Positions 1 through 13,522 of a DNA stretch of 64,000 bases are shown piece by piece. The notes below the pieces were generated by a model. That model saw only the letters and a list, made by a program, of their open reading frames with translations. It did not search any database and was not told the origin of the DNA. Position 1 is the stretch's first letter. The number at the start of each line of letters is the position of its first letter. This DNA comes from the human T2T-CHM13v2.0 reference genome, Homo sapiens: NCBI RefSeq assembly GCF_009914755.1, contig NC_060939.1; one strand, 5' to 3'. The translations under genes were made by a program, and so were the position numbers.

Positions 1-289
1 ATACCCTCTGTGGCTGCTTCTTGTGCTATTGGTGGTGACCAAAGATTTCAGTGCAGTGAGGCAGAACAAATGAGCGGGCTGGTGTCAGGTGCTCTGAATC
101 CTCCACAAGCACAGTAAGTCACCCATTGGGAGCCCCCAGAGCAACCTGGGAGGGAATTTAAAGTGTCAAAGAATGGGTAGGAAGCAGCCAGAGAAAGATT
201 TTAAAATAGTATTCCTTGAGCTCCCTCTAATCCAGCCCCTGGTGGCCTAGGAAACCAGAGTTAGTATATGATCTTGAGCCATTTTGCAT

Positions 290-1070
290 CTTATGTCATT
301 TTTCAAATATTTATAAGTCACCTCCGGAATCTCTGAAGTGAGAAGAGTGTCTTTTGTACGCTAATGAGATGACTGGTGGCTGGCAGCCCCTAGATGGCTT
401 CAGAATGGGGACTGGTCACAGGGAAGTCCCTCTGGTTAGGATTTTCAGCCCCATCCCCCAACCTCCATGAGGGGAGAGGAGCTGAAGGTTAAATTGATCA
501 TCAATGGCCGGTGATGTAATCATTCATGCCTGTGTAATGAAACTTCCATACAAGCCCAAAAGGACAGGGTTCAGGAAACTTCCAGAGAGCTGAACATGTG
601 GAGGCTCCTGAGGGGTGGTCTACCCAGAAAAGGCATAGAAATTTCATGCCCCTTCAGCCATACCTCTCCCTAAGCATCTCTTCCATCTGGCTTTGTAACA
701 TCCTTTATAATAAATTGATAAATGTAAGTAAAGTCTTTCCCTGAGTTCTATGATCCTCTTTAGCAAATTAATCAAACCCAAGGAGGGAGTCATGGGAACC
801 TGGATTTATAGTAGGTTCGTCAGAAGCACAGGCAAACAGCCTGGGGCTTGTGACTGGTATCTGAAATGGGGGGCAGTCTTATGGGATCTGGCACTCTCTC
901 CAGGTAATAGTGTGGCACTGAATTGAATTAGAGGACACCCAGCTGGCGTCTGCTACAGATGGCTTGGTGTATGGAGAAATACCTCCACACATCTGGGGTC
1001 ACAGAAGTATTCTGTGCTGTGTTGTGGTGAGCAGAGAATAGGAAAAACACACTTTGGTTTCTCCTCTATA
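290..1070 (+). mobile_element. ERVL-class solo LTR, MER21B-like
   Basis: Matches recalled MER21 segments (gctaatgagatgactggtggctggcagcccctag; aataaa..gtaagt..tttccctgagttct; gaggacacccagctgg; ggtcacagaagt). Boundaries approximate. Confidence 0.75.
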
Positions 1071-1449
1071 GCTAGAAGGTATAGACCCTAGAAGCAGTAC
1101 GTGGATTTTATGTCTCATTGTGTCCTCCATGGTCTCTAGTACAGGCTGGTATGATGGTAGTTCCTCAAAAAAGTTTGGTCAAAAGAATGAATTAACAGAA
1201 GGAAGGAGGGACAGATGGATAGGTGGGTAAATGAATGGATGGATGGTGTGCCACCCTGCAAGCCAGCATTGATGGTCCTGTAATACTGATTACTATTTGC
1301 ATTTTGTTTCCTCCCCACCCTCTCTCTTTTCCTTCCTTCAAATATTTTTTCTTCCTTAGTTCTCATCAACCCCATCTTTGGCTCCATTGTGAGGTTCCTT
1401 TCTCATAATTTCACTCTCTTGAGATCAGAATGAAAAGCTGGGTCAATTT

Positions 1450-1640
1450 TCCATTAATTAATTCATTAATTAATTGAGTCAATAACTGTTTATTGAGCTC
1501 CAGCTGTTCCTTTGTCCATTGATGCAGTCACTTGACAAGATGCTTATTGAGCACCGGTGGTGTGTCTGATGTGGTGCCAGAAGCTAACTGATGGGGAAAC
1601 ACAAAGATCTAAGCAAGATCCCTGCTCTCTGGGGTCCAAC
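1450..1640 (-). mobile_element. L2 3' end fragments
   Basis: ttcattaattaattgagtcaataactgtttattgagc and gcttattgagcacc..tgtgtctga..gtgccag resemble reverse-complement L2 3' termini. Confidence 0.55.
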
Positions 1641-2579
1641 ATCTAAATGACAAAGTGGACAGAAGCCAGCAAACACTGAGCTCTGCTGACCCGTTGCTCC
1701 CATCCTGATCAGTAGCCCCATCTTCAGGTTGTGAAGGTCAACCCACCTCCAAACCCCATGTTGTTTTGCCTCTTGTTCTTTGTTAATTGGTCTAACAGGT
1801 TGCCTGCAGTGGCCACATAATTAATATGGCATTTGCAGAGACAGGCACTCTCTGCTCGCTACCTCCCTTCGCCCTGCTTCTTGCTTCATCTTCAGTCTCC
1901 CCTGCTCCTTCCTCATCTGAATCCTCAGAATGCAGAATTAGAAGAGATCTTGGGGTGCTTCTGGTTATCCAGAGCCCAGCATGGGTGTCCCATCCACAGC
2001 GTCTCAGAAGCTGGTCCCTCACCGTGGCCCTCACCTCCAGCAACAGCCTGCTCTCTCTGCTTCATGAGCCTCCTGTCCTGCCCCACGAAGGCACGTTCAT
2101 ATGTTCAGCTCAAGTTGACCCACGTTGTCTGGACTGCATAAGTTAGAGCCTGGAATAATCCTGATTCATCTTTTGAGCTGCAGCCTTTCAGATTTTAGAA
2201 TTATGGCTATTATGTTCCTTTTCAGGATTTTCTTGAGGATAAATATTTCCAGTTTCTCAGCTTTTCCAAATTCAAATTTGACCTCTCACAATCCTGAAGA
2301 TGTTTCTCTGGACAGCCTCTAGTTTTTCTAGAGACCCCTCAAAATGTGCCCCATTCCCCCAAACTGACTACTACAAAGAGAGCTGCCCAGCAATTGAGGT
2401 CAGCTGGGTTATTGCCTGGTTTTAAGTGACCACTCTATTCCTACTTGTGCACCCTAAGTTTTCATTAACTACGATTTACATACTGCTAGCTCTTATTGAA
2501 CTTAGAGCCAAATAAAACTACCAAGTCTTCTTGACATGAATAAAATAAAATAGCGTTATATGTTAAGGTTAAAATAACC

Positions 2580-2730
2580 CACTAGGATTATCTGCTAGTC
2601 CAATCTACTAATTTTACAGGAAAGGAAACTGAGGCCCAGAGAGATCAAGGGACTGTGAAAAGGCTCATAGCTTGTGTGGAGTAGGGCACAGCGGGGACTC
2701 CTAACTCCTGATCCAGTGCTCTTTCTAAAA
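2580..2730 (-). mobile_element. MIR SINE
   Basis: MIR core: attttacaggaaaggaaactgaggcccagagag...ctcctgatccagtgctctttc. Confidence 0.7.
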
Positions 2731-2959
2731 CACCAGGCTGCCTCCTGATTGGCAGCCATTTCGAGGGTAAATAGAACGCGTCTTCTACTTTCATGTCAGT
2801 CTTTCTCATGCAGTGCTTTATGCTGTTGGATGTTGGAACCCAACGCATGACCCTGGGTTTAGCCCTTTGGGATTTCATCTTATTCATTTCATGCAATCTG
2901 TCGAGATAATTTCCAGCCTGATTTTGTGAGGCATTGCTGTGGCAGGTCCTCCCAGGCTT

Positions 2960-3133
2960 GTGTCGGGCTGACGTATGGAATTTTCTCCAGCTCTGGATGC
3001 TTTTCATTCTGTGCCCTGTGCCAGAGTGTTCCACCGCAAACCTGGCAGAGGAGACGCACTGTCTGAAGCCAGACGCACCGCGCGCTTCCTTCTCCCCTCG
3101 CCTGTCTGCCTGGCGGATGTCTTCCACGTGAGT
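2960..3133 (+). promoter_or_regulatory. Small CpG-rich element with E-box and candidate splice donor (possible enhancer or upstream first exon)
   Basis: Local CpG cluster (gacgcaccgcgcgc, ctcgcc, ggcgg) in CpG-poor DNA; CACGTG at 3125-3130; donor-like CAC|GTGAGT at 3127/3128. Confidence 0.4.
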
Positions 3134-3399
3134 CTCTCTCCTCCCACTTGCCTCCTGCCCTGCTTGTTAGGTAGGAGCCCCACAATCCATCCCAACTGTA
3201 CCACCAGCGTGGAACTTAGGGGCAAATGTGCCAAGCAGGGTTTTGTTTTATTTTGTGAAATAGCCTTTCTTGAGAATCTACCTGTTGCAGAAAAAAAAAA
3301 AAAAATCCCTGAACCAAGCATACTCAGACATGTTTCCTATCCCTTTATGGACTCACATTACGATTCTCTCCTTAGTTTTCTCATCTATATAATGGGAGG

Positions 3400-3700
3400 A
3401 GACAGAAACTCAGGACTAGTAAGCATCTACTCTGTGCTAGCAGCTATGCCAGGGGCTTCATTTACGTTTGCCTTTACGTTTACTTTTAACTGTCAACACA
3501 AGCCTGCAGATGATATCCCCATTTCAAAGAAGAGAAAACTGACCTCAGAGAAGTTAATTTGCCAAGGCTTATCCAGTTAGTAAGTGGCAGAGTTTCTTTA
3601 CCCTCTGCCCTCCCTTGCTGAGTTACTATAAAAATCAAATAATTTAGTAATGAATGTAAAGCTTCTTTGAAAAGTGTAAAGCACTCTGTAAACATAAGGG
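3400..3700. mobile_element. MIR fragments
   Basis: cccatttcaaagaagagaaaactgacctcagagaagttaatttgccaagg (minus); aatgtaaag..aagtgtaaagcactctgtaaa (plus). Confidence 0.6.
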
Positions 3701-4156
3701 AGAATTGTTAAAATACTTAGGTTCCTCACTTGCTTTGTCTCTCCTTCTTCTTTTCTGTCACCTCCCTAAAGTATAAGCAGCTGCCTTCGGTCCAGACCTA
3801 TCAAAGAAATGTCATAAAACTATTTTTCAAAATGTCAAATGCCTGTGTACTTTAGCCCAAACTAATTATGCCCTTTGATTTTCTCGAAGTCACAATGCAA
3901 AACCCTGGGAGCTTCGAGGATGTGCCCTTTCTCCTCCATCCTGAACTAATGGAAATCAAGGCTGAAGGCTGAGCCTGCCGGGGAGCCCACAAGAGCCCCT
4001 CAGTGCCACAGAGGCCTGGCCTGACTTTGGCAGGTCTCCAGCAGTGACCACAGAGTGCTAAATAATAATAGGGTTGAATTATTTATACAGAGGCCAATGA
4101 CTCATGAGGCATGGTCCACTTCTAGAAGAGTGCCAGGGTCCCAAGTCTAAGGTGAG

Positions 4157-4175
4157 TGGCCACCAGAGGGAGGAC
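4157..4175 (+). promoter_or_regulatory. CTCF-like motif
   Basis: TGGCCACCAGAGGGAGGAC compared with CTCF consensus TGGCCACCAGGGGGCGCTA; the core CCACCAGAGGG is intact. Motif only. Confidence 0.4.
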
Positions 4176-4654
4176 TGCAGTCCTGGCCTCTAGAGCACCA
4201 GTGCACACACCCCCCACCCCCCCACCCTGCCATCATCCCACCCCATGTACAGCAGGCACAGCTCTAGCACAGTGCCTGGAGGGCAACTAACATTTCAGTG
4301 ACATTATTGGGTGTTTACACCAAGCTAGCTATTTGTGCATACAATTTCCCATTTCATCTCTAAAACAATTTTTATTTTTCATATTTTTCCTGATAAAGAA
4401 AGTGAAGCTTATGTTTCAGGTTATACAGTTGGCAAAGCATAGAGCTGGAACGAGATCCAGGTCTGACATTTCTAAGATACCATGTGCTATTTCTTTTAGA
4501 ATTCCTCTTTCCTGACAATTACATTTAAAAGCATAATCTGGGAAGTGCAGATGGTGCCAGGCCCAGTCTCAGGGCACAATGGATTCTTTGTATGGTCTTT
4601 AGGGCCCTTTGTGATCTGATCTCATTCTGGATTCTTCTTATCAGACACAATGTT

Positions 4655-4810
4655 TTTCATCATCAGAATCACCTGGAAGCTTTAAAATACAGATTGTTGG
4701 AATCCATCCTTGGTTTACTGTAATCCAAATAATTGGTACTGGAATCAATTATTTGTATTTTTAAGGCTTCCAAGTGATTGTGATCATCAGTTGGTTTGGA
4801 AACTATCATG
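4655..4810. mobile_element. MER5-type hAT-Charlie MITE
   Basis: atcagaatcacctggaagctttaaaatacagatt...tgtatttttaaggcttccaagtgatt..ggtttggaaacta. Confidence 0.6.
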
Positions 4811-5027
4811 TTATGTACAGAAAGTCACTTCCAAATTCCCATCCATATTCCCATTTGTGTGACTTTGCTCAATTCCATGGACTTCACTTAAATTGGCTTT
4901 TTTCTACTCCCACCCATTGTTCTCATCCAGCTCACACTCCATCACCTCTGTAAGGATCTTGGCTCCCAGAGCTTCCAGAAATGCTCCATCATCTGTATTC
5001 CATTAACACCTTTGGCTCTAAACTGAT

Positions 5028-5480
5028 ATATATTAGTCAGGATGTGAGTTTAGAAGCTGTCCGAGAGACCCAAAATAGCAGTTTTGCCTCATTTAACACC
5101 TATAAATACATCCCTGTCTTCTCTCACGGTACAGAATAATCAGTCCATCAGGGACCCAGGCTCCTGCAATCTTGTCGCTCATCCCTAGCGTGGTGCCTTT
5201 GTTCTCATAGCCCAAAACGGCTCATCACCATGCCCATAACCAGACACTGGAAAAAGGGAAAATGGAGTAAGGAAGAGCAACGACAAAGAATTGCACACAA
5301 CAATTAGGATCACCTTCCACTGTCCAGAACTTGATCACATAGCCACCCTTAGCTGCAACCAAGGTTGAGAGATTTAACTTTATTTTGCATCACTACATGC
5401 CTAGTAAAAATGGAGGGTTCTGTTAATTGTGCTACTGGTTGGGGAGAATGGGTATTGGGGAACAACCTAGCAGGCTTAAC
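5028..5480 (-). mobile_element. Old MaLR LTR (MLT1 family)
   Basis: Starts tattagtcaggat; contains cagggacccaggctcct and ccagaacttgatcacatagccacccttagctgcaa, typical of reverse MLT1J-L. Confidence 0.6.
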
Positions 5481-5724
5481 TTCTACTTGGGATTGTAATT
5501 TTCTCTTTGTGTCTGTGTTTCCAGCTAGACTATAAAAGCTCTGTGAGAACTAGGCCCCTGACTTACACCTGTTTGTGATCCTTCTAGGAAGGCACTAGAT
5601 CAGTACCACTGGTTGGCAAGATAGACTAGAGTGATTGACAAAGCTCTGGAATTTAACTTTTATTTTAGTCCTTGTTTTCTACAATTTAGCACAAGTTTCT
5701 TAACCTCTCTGGGCTTTAGTTTCA

Positions 5725-5985
5725 TAGAATCATAAAATTTAGTTGAAAGTCACCTTCGATATTATCTAGTGCCATCCTCTCATTTTGTAGATGAGGAAGC
5801 TGAAAACCAGAAAGAATAGTGACCTGTCCAGGACACAAAGCTTTATAAATAGAAGAGCCAGAGACCAGGTCTCCTAGAAACCAACCCAAGGACAGCACTA
5901 AGGTGTCTTCCCATATCCAGAAAATAAGTACAAGGGACAATGTTATCTTTAAGCTTCCTTCCAATTCAGAAACTCTGAGCCACAT
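5725..5985. mobile_element. MIR/MIR3 fragments
   Basis: ctcattttgtagatgaggaagctgaaaaccagaaag; tctttaagcttccttccaattc. Confidence 0.6.
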
Positions 5986-7173
5986 ATGCAGTCACATTTG
6001 TACCCCTTGCTCAAATTAAGTATAAAAGTGGGATAATTTCCAAGCACTCAACCACTGCATCCTGCTGGATCTTGCTATGTACTTCAGCAGGTTAGATGGA
6101 CACTCAAGAGGTTCAGTTCAGTGCTTTGGGTTCCAGGGTCATCTAAGAAGTAAACTGGGTGGAGAAAGCAAAGAAGAGATACTTGGGTGACCCCACTCTC
6201 TGGTCACAAGCAGTAATATTCCCTGTGAGCTTCTTAGGAGATGACACAGCTCCAGGTGTTGTGGAGCAGCTGCCCTCAGGGAATTTGGAATCCAGGTCAC
6301 ACACAGTTAAATAGCAGTAGAGGAGGGCGTATGTAACATTAAACAGAAGAAACGTCACAAGGCAAACTGGCTGTAATAATAATAACAGCTTCAATTTATT
6401 GCTCAACTGCAATGTGTGCCCCACACTGTGATAGGTGTTTGTTTTATAGGCTTGATCTCATTAAATCCTCACGACAAGCCTCTGGGATTACTGAAGGTCA
6501 TACAGCTGGTAAGTGGTGATTAATTGTCAGAGGAGTGGTGTGAAGAACATAAATTATGGCGCAGTTCAGAAAGAGAGAAGCCTGAGGATGGAGTGGTCTG
6601 GGAAAGCTCTGTGAAGGAGGAGAGTTAAACAGGATTCTGAGGGTAGGTGGGATGTGAAGGAGGTGAGAAAGAGGGAAAGTGAGTGTAGATGGCAAAGGCA
6701 ACACAGGTACAGGGGACACTGAGTTAAAAAATTCCCAAGTAAAGCATGAGAGTAATTAAATCCAAGGGCAAACATCCAAGCTGTGGAATTGTGGGGCTAG
6801 GGAGTGGTGGGGGCAATGAAACACCCAATGATCATTCTTGGAAAAGGGATAAAAGGTCAACTGAAGTCCCATAGCTCACATGTGGCCTGCTACAAAAGAA
6901 AAGAGGAAAGAAAATGACTGAAAAACTCTAAAGGCAATTGTGTCAAGTGACTTACAAAAAAAAAAGTATCTTTTCATCCAGTAATCTCTCTTCTAGGGTT
7001 TAAACTAACAAAAATTTCAGAGACAGAGTGAAAACTGAAAACAAATGTCTAAATAATAGGAGAATTCTTGAATATATTATCACACATATACATGGTCAAA
7101 TGTTATGTAGCTTTTACAGAACGTACTTTTGAAAAATGTGTAATGATGTCACATAATGTCAAGAAGCAGAATG

Positions 7174-7520
7174 TGGTCCAGGCGCAGTGAGTGGTTCACA
7201 CCTGTAATCCCAGCACTTTGGGAGGCCAAAGAAGGTGGATCACCTGAGCCCAGGAGTTTGAGACCAGCCTGGGCAACGTGGTGAAGACCTGTCTCTACAA
7301 AAAACAAACAAACAAAAAACCCCACAGAAATTAGCCAGTGTGATGGTATATGCCTGTAGTCCCAGTACTTGAGAGGCTGAACTGGAGGATCGCTTGATCC
7401 TGGGAGGTTGAGGCTGGGGTAAGTCGTGATCACACCACTGCACTCCAGCCTGGGTGACAGAGGGAGTCCCTGTCTCAAAAACGAAACAAAACAACCCTCC
7501 CCCAACCAAAACAAAACAAA
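7174..7520 (+). mobile_element. AluJ-like SINE inserted in an old L1M 3' fragment (about 6960-7760)
   Basis: Dimeric Alu with A-rich tail; TSD aagaagcagaatg at 7161-7173 and 7519-7531. Confidence 0.9.
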
Positions 7521-9124
7521 GAAGCAGAATGCAAAAAAGTATAGTACCACAGTTCGTCATTTTAAATTATATGTATGTATATATTATGTAAAATCATATG
7601 TGAGTATACACACACAGAAAAAAAGACTGAAGGAAAGACAGCATATTTACCATGGTTATCATCACAGAGTAAGAATGTGGGTAAGTTTTGCTTTAGAGTT
7701 TTCCTTTTCTATATTTACTAAGTTATGTTCAGTGAGCACACACTTTTATAGTAATAAAAATGTTCATTTAAAATTTTTTAAATTTAAAATGCTCATCCTC
7801 TGCCATAAAGCAATATTTATAAACCTCTTGCTTTGTCTTCAAAGAAAATTCATTGTCTCTGCCTTCAGTATGCAGACACAAATATTCCAACCAAATGATT
7901 ATTCAGTAATTGCTGAATCCATAGATTTTTTTGAAAGTTCATTTAAACTGGGTTTTCCTGGGTTCCCATGTAACGCTCCCAGCTCCATGGCTCCCAAGGG
8001 ACTGGAAACATTAAAGTCTCCCATTAATGTTCTCTGGAGCCATTTAGATAAATTGTCTTCCCCAGAGCTATAAATCCTAAATGAATGACACCCTTATTTC
8101 AGGGGACAGGTACCAAAGCCTCTTTCAAACTTGATGATTTATGTATCTGTGGCTTGCAGAATGTCAGGGGTCCTTCATCAATATCCACAGGGCCTTCCCA
8201 GGTATAGGAACATACCACATCTGATGGAAAGACATTACTGTACTTGGGTCAATAGCTTTCACCTTTATCCGTCCTGCTTGCTTTGCGTTGGGGGTTTATT
8301 TATTTTTCTTTCTTCCACTGAAATAGCTGGGATATGAGCTGAGTAAGAGAGGCAGTGCATTAAATATAACTTGATCAGAATCCCAGGCTGTCTTTGCCCT
8401 CACTGCAATAGGGGCAACATAAAGGTTAATAACTGAGAGAGGCCCCCACGCACTTAACCACAGTGCAGCACCCCATCACCAAGTGACAATTAGGAACTCT
8501 CCATGAATGCCAATGACTGGTGATCAAACAGAGCTTCACCCAAACCAGGCGCACTTTTGCATTAGCTCAGCTCTCCATTCATCACTGAGCTGACAGCTTG
8601 CAGAGCTCAATGTTGAGTATGCGGCTCTGTCTTTGTTTTACCCAGTGAAATGATCTATGCTACCAGGACTGAGTGGGAGAGGAGCAGGGGAGGGAACGAG
8701 GGAAATGAAATAGGCTTGTCTTTGGCATGGTTGGGCAACAGCTCAAAGTGTCTGTTTGAGACTTGAAGAGAAATATCGCATAATGATCTTGCTTGTTCCT
8801 GCTTTCAACTTTTTGGCTCTCAGACAAGGATGGTCCTACCTTAAATAGTTCTCTTTTTGGAGGCAGCATGACAAATTGGAGCAAGCACATAGCCAGCTGT
8901 GTGATTTTGGGCAAGTCACTCTGGGTCTTAGTTTTCTCATCCATAGAATGAAGGAGTGGATAAGAACAGTGATTTTCAAACCAGGTTCCTCAGAGTGTTA
9001 GGGTTCATAGGGGCACCTCAGACCCTGCAAGGGCATGCTTCCTGCAAGGGCAGAGGTGAGGAGGTTAGTAAATTCCAGGCACAGCTGCTCCATGTTGGCT
9101 CATTGAATTTTATTAGTAGACTAC

Positions 9125-9508
9125 TTTATTTTTCTTTTATTATACTTTAAGTTCTAGGGTACATGCGCAGAACGTGCAGGTTTGTCACATAGGTTTACAC
9201 GTGCCATGGTGGTTTGCTGCACCCCTCAACCCATCATTTACATTAGGTATTTCTCCTAATGCTATCCCTCCCATAGCCCCCAATCCCCCGACAGGCCCTA
9301 GTGTGTGATGTTCCCATCCCCGTGTCCATGTGTTCTCATTGTTCAACTCCCACTTATGAGTGAGCACATGCGGCGTTTGGTTTTCTGATCTTGTGATAGT
9401 TTGCTGAGAATGATGGTTTCCAGCTTCATCCATGTCCCTGCAAAGGACATGAACTCATCCTTTTTGATGGTTGCATAGTATTCCATGGTGTATATGTGTC
9501 ACATTTTG
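9125..9508 (-). mobile_element. L1PA 3' end, 5'-truncated
   Basis: ttattatactttaagttctagggtacatg...ttcaactcccacttatgagtgag...; ORF 9185-9433 is L1 3' sequence. Confidence 0.92.
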
Positions 9509-9589
9509 TGCAGAACATGGTCTTACATTCTAATTTCATTTGGTCCTCACAATTTGTAAGGTAATTAGGACAGATATGACCAACTATTC

Positions 9590-10130
9590 CAGTAACTATT
9601 GCTGTGTTAAAACCACCTCAAGACTCTATGGCACAAGACAACCATTTTATTATGTTCACGGATTCTTTGACTCCGGAATTTGGGTGGGCACAACACGAAA
9701 TGCTCTTCTCTGTTCCATAATGTCTGAGACCTCAGCTGGAAAGACCAAAGGCTGGTAGTGACTAAACAGCCGGGGGCTAGATTCATCTGGATGTGTCCTT
9801 ACTCACGTCAGCTGAGCTATTGACTGGAACACTGACACACAGCCTTTCTCTGGGGTTGTCACATGGGCTAGTTTGGGCTTCTTCACACAATGGCAGCTGA
9901 ACTCCAAGGGCTAATGTCCCAAGAACAAGGCAGAATTGCACTTTATTTTTATCATCTGAACTCAGAAGTTACATATTGTTGCTTCTGCCATGCCCTGTTG
10001 GTTGAGGCAGTCCCAAAATTTCACCCAGGATCAAAGGAGGGACAAGATGGGAGAAGAATCAATGTCACAGTGGAGGAAGAGCATGTAGAACGGGAGATAG
10101 TGTTATTATCTTGAGAATATACAATCTGCC
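9590..10130 (-). mobile_element. MaLR LTR (MLT1 family)
   Basis: aactattgctgtgttaaaaccacctcaagact...gggctagtttgggcttcttcacacaatggcagctg...atacaatctgcca. Confidence 0.7.
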
Positions 10131-10849
10131 AAGCCCTCTTCATGTGAAAGATGAGGAAACAGACAGGGGAGAATTCATACACATTTAGTAAGAGCAGAGC
10201 TGGGACTAGAGCCAGTTACTTCAGATTTGAGCCCTCTCTTTGCCATGCTGCTTTGGGTTCCTCATTTCATCTTTCTGAGTTAACTCTTTATTAATTCAGT
10301 GGATAGACTCCTTAAAATATGAATCCTCATCATGGCGATGCATGACCAGCCCAGGAGAGCTGTATCTTCTTGTGGATGGAACACTTTTCTCATCTGTTCT
10401 CAGAAAATTGGAGTGAAAAATGTACATAAATTCCATTAAAATTAAGGTAAAAGGCAAGGCTATTCATGTCTCTTTCTAGCTTCCAGTCCAGCATCAGGAA
10501 TATAATTGGTACTTAGTAAAGGATTGAGCTCTTTGTGTGTGTTTTTGTTTTTTATGTATCAACATTTGCTTTTAAATCCTTTCCAAATTCAAAGCCATAT
10601 AAACAATTCTTTAAGGTTGTTTTGACTCTTTGATGGTTCCTACTTGGAGTTTACTTTTATCTTCATCCATTCTGACAACACCTAAGTGTATTTATTTCCA
10701 ATTTACCAACATGAAAAATGAAAGCCGAGAGACAAAAAGAGAGCCAAGGACACAAGGTAAAGTCTGAGAAAAGAGTTGGAATTTGAAGGAAGTTATGAAG
10801 TAGGATTTTTTGTTATTGATTCAGTAGCCATCAGCTGGGAAGTGTCAAT

Positions 10850-11280
10850 GCCCAGTCATACGTTCAGCACAGAATCCAAAGGCAAGGTGACAATGGTCCT
10901 TGCCATGGAGAGCCTCACAGTCTAGGAGAGTAGTCTAGGTTATCCAATATAATCGTTGCTGAAAGAGGGCCTGAACAAAGCACTGATAGAACACAGAGGA
11001 AGCAGCTGTGGGCACTGGCTGGGAGTTTGGGTGCTTCACAGAGGTGATAATGTTTAACCTGGACCTGGAGGGAGAGGTAAGAGCTGTCCAGGCAGAGGGA
11101 GAGAGGTGGGACAATAATCCTGAGCATAGGGAATACACATGGGGAGACACAGAAACATGAAAGGGCATGATGTGTACTGAGAAAGATAGACATCTGGTCA
11201 GTGTGGGAGGGTAGATGTGAAGGGTGGGCAGACAAGTAGGGAAGCAGTCTGGAAAATTGAGGTCAGATCATAAAGGAGTG
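10850..11280 (-). mobile_element. L2 fragment
   Basis: ggtccttgccatggagagcctcacagtcta...gcttcacagaggtgataatgtttaacctgg...ggtcagatcataaagg. Confidence 0.55.
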
Positions 11281-12111
11281 CCAGTAGCATCCCTAGATAC
11301 TCCCTTTCTGTGAACTTTATCTTTCTCATAGTCCCACCTTACCCCTGCTTCTGAGATCTTGCTCTCTACCTCTTCACAATTAAAACCTGCTCTGGAGAGT
11401 GTTGGATATCAGTCATTTACACTATAGTATAAATGACATTATATATAGACTATAAGCCAATGTGTTATTTCTTGGAACATTTTTTTAATTAGAAATTTTA
11501 TTTCAGTTTATTAAACAAAAGGCTATGTCTTTCTTGTTTGAAGGGATGTTGTGGAGATTCTTCTTATGGCCAGTAAAATCCCAGCCCAGAGTGAGAGTCT
11601 TGTAGGGAAACATCCACCACTCTGTACCAGAGACAGAATCCTGGGCCAAACTAATCATATGTCCAACTCAATGTACCTGCATCATCCCCGGTCATTTTGA
11701 GCTCTCTTGGTCTCTGGATAAGAACTTAACTATCCCAAGAGCTGCTAACCACTTTTCCCAATAAAATATAATACATGCCCCATAATGATCAACCTGCAGA
11801 ACTCTTATCCTTCATATCAGCAAGCCAAACTCCTTGGCATGGGGCAGAATGTAAACGTTAACAATCTCATAGCTCACTGCCTATAAAAACTCTTTAATGT
11901 GTGTCTAAGTAACAGGTGATTGTCCACTGCCTACAGCTAGAGTGATAATTCCAGCTCCTCTTTCCTGAAAGAGATGAGTATTGATTGTCTATGTGAGAAC
12001 ATGTGGGTTACAGTGATGTTTGGGGAAAGCCAGATCTTACTAACATATGGACACAGTTCATTTACAGTTCTGCAAGGGAGGGAGAAGAACGTTTCCTTAG
12101 GGTTTTCTTTC

Positions 12112-12310
<199 letters not shown>

Positions 12311-13109
12311 TAACTTATAAGTGCCATTCTCATCTCCCACTTGCTGCCATCCTTGAAGTCTACTTGACTTGGTATTAGAAGGCACTTGGCTGATTGTTAA
12401 ACTCCATTCTCACTGATTTTTCTCAATTACTCCTTTAACCTCTTCTTTCTGCCATCTCTCAGGTCCATCCCCATAGATGGCCTCTTGACTTGTCTCACCT
12501 CCTAAGCTCTGGTTTCCTGATCTCCCACTGCATTAATGGACTTTGTTCCACGCCTTACTGTCCTCTGTGGTTGCCAAGGCTACTTTGTTTCCTCCTGTAT
12601 ACAACTCTATCCAATCCCTCCTCCAGTATTACTACCCCGGAGGATTGACATTGAGTCAGTTGTGCTGTGGCTGTCACTTCTGTTCCTTGGACATGGTCCC
12701 TACACCAGGAAAGAGGTTCTTGTCTTGTTCCCCTGTGTGCTGAGCCTCTGCCTGTGCCATGGTCCAAGTTGCCAGATCTATATCTCCTCCTTTTGCTTGA
12801 ACCCCTGCCCTGCCTGATTCCTTTCTAAGTGTTCCTGCTGTATCCTTTAGAATAGAGACTCCGTCTTGTCCTCACTGTGAAAACTGTGTTCCCAGGGACT
12901 GGAGTCTTGTGGGAGCCCCAGTCCTTGGAGTCCAAGACTCCCTGCTATCATGCTCAGCTAATGCCAAGTTATGGCTGCTAGGACCACCTTTGACTTCCAA
13001 TCTGGGCTCTGATCCCTTGCCTGTCCATCTCATCTCTGGTCACTGGAGTTTGTTTCCTTGCATGGACTTCCTGCTGCCATCTGTTGCTGGGTCTGACCAG
13101 AAATCTGCC

Positions 13110-13522
13110 ATGTCTCACTGGTTAATGCCAGAATAGGCCAACTGCTCTGACAAACAATCCCACGTCTCAGTAGCTTAACACAGTAACAGGTTTATTTCTC
13201 ATATCAGTCCAAGAGTTCGACAATCTACTACAAGATGATTCGTGGACATGCTCCTTCCATCCAGTGGGCCCTCCATCTTCTAAGACCTTGGAATCCTTAA
13301 CTGGTTCCTTTGTATCCAGCCAGCCAGTGGATGAGAGAGGCAAGACAGCAAAGGAGATATCAGGAGATTTTTTAGGGGCTGACCAAGAAGTGGTATTCAT
13401 TGCTCTGACTTCATCATCACTGGTTAAAACTAGTACCTAACCTAACCTAGAAAATGAAGTCTTCCTGAGTGCCAGGGGAAAATGAAAAAATCTGGTGTAC
13501 AAGTAGCATTTTCTCTGCTACG
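13110..13522 (-). mobile_element. Old MaLR LTR (MLT1 family)
   Basis: actgctctgacaaacaatccc..tctcagtagcttaacacag..gtttatttctc; gaagtgg..ttcattgctctg; ends tctctgctac. Confidence 0.6.

Noticed and set aside
2975-3580. 201-aa ORF and overlapping ORFs
   Set aside because: No recognisable homology; runs through an A-tract and a MIR; not coding-like.
7149-8073. ORFs of 106-215 aa
   Set aside because: Translations of an Alu and AT-rich L1M sequence.
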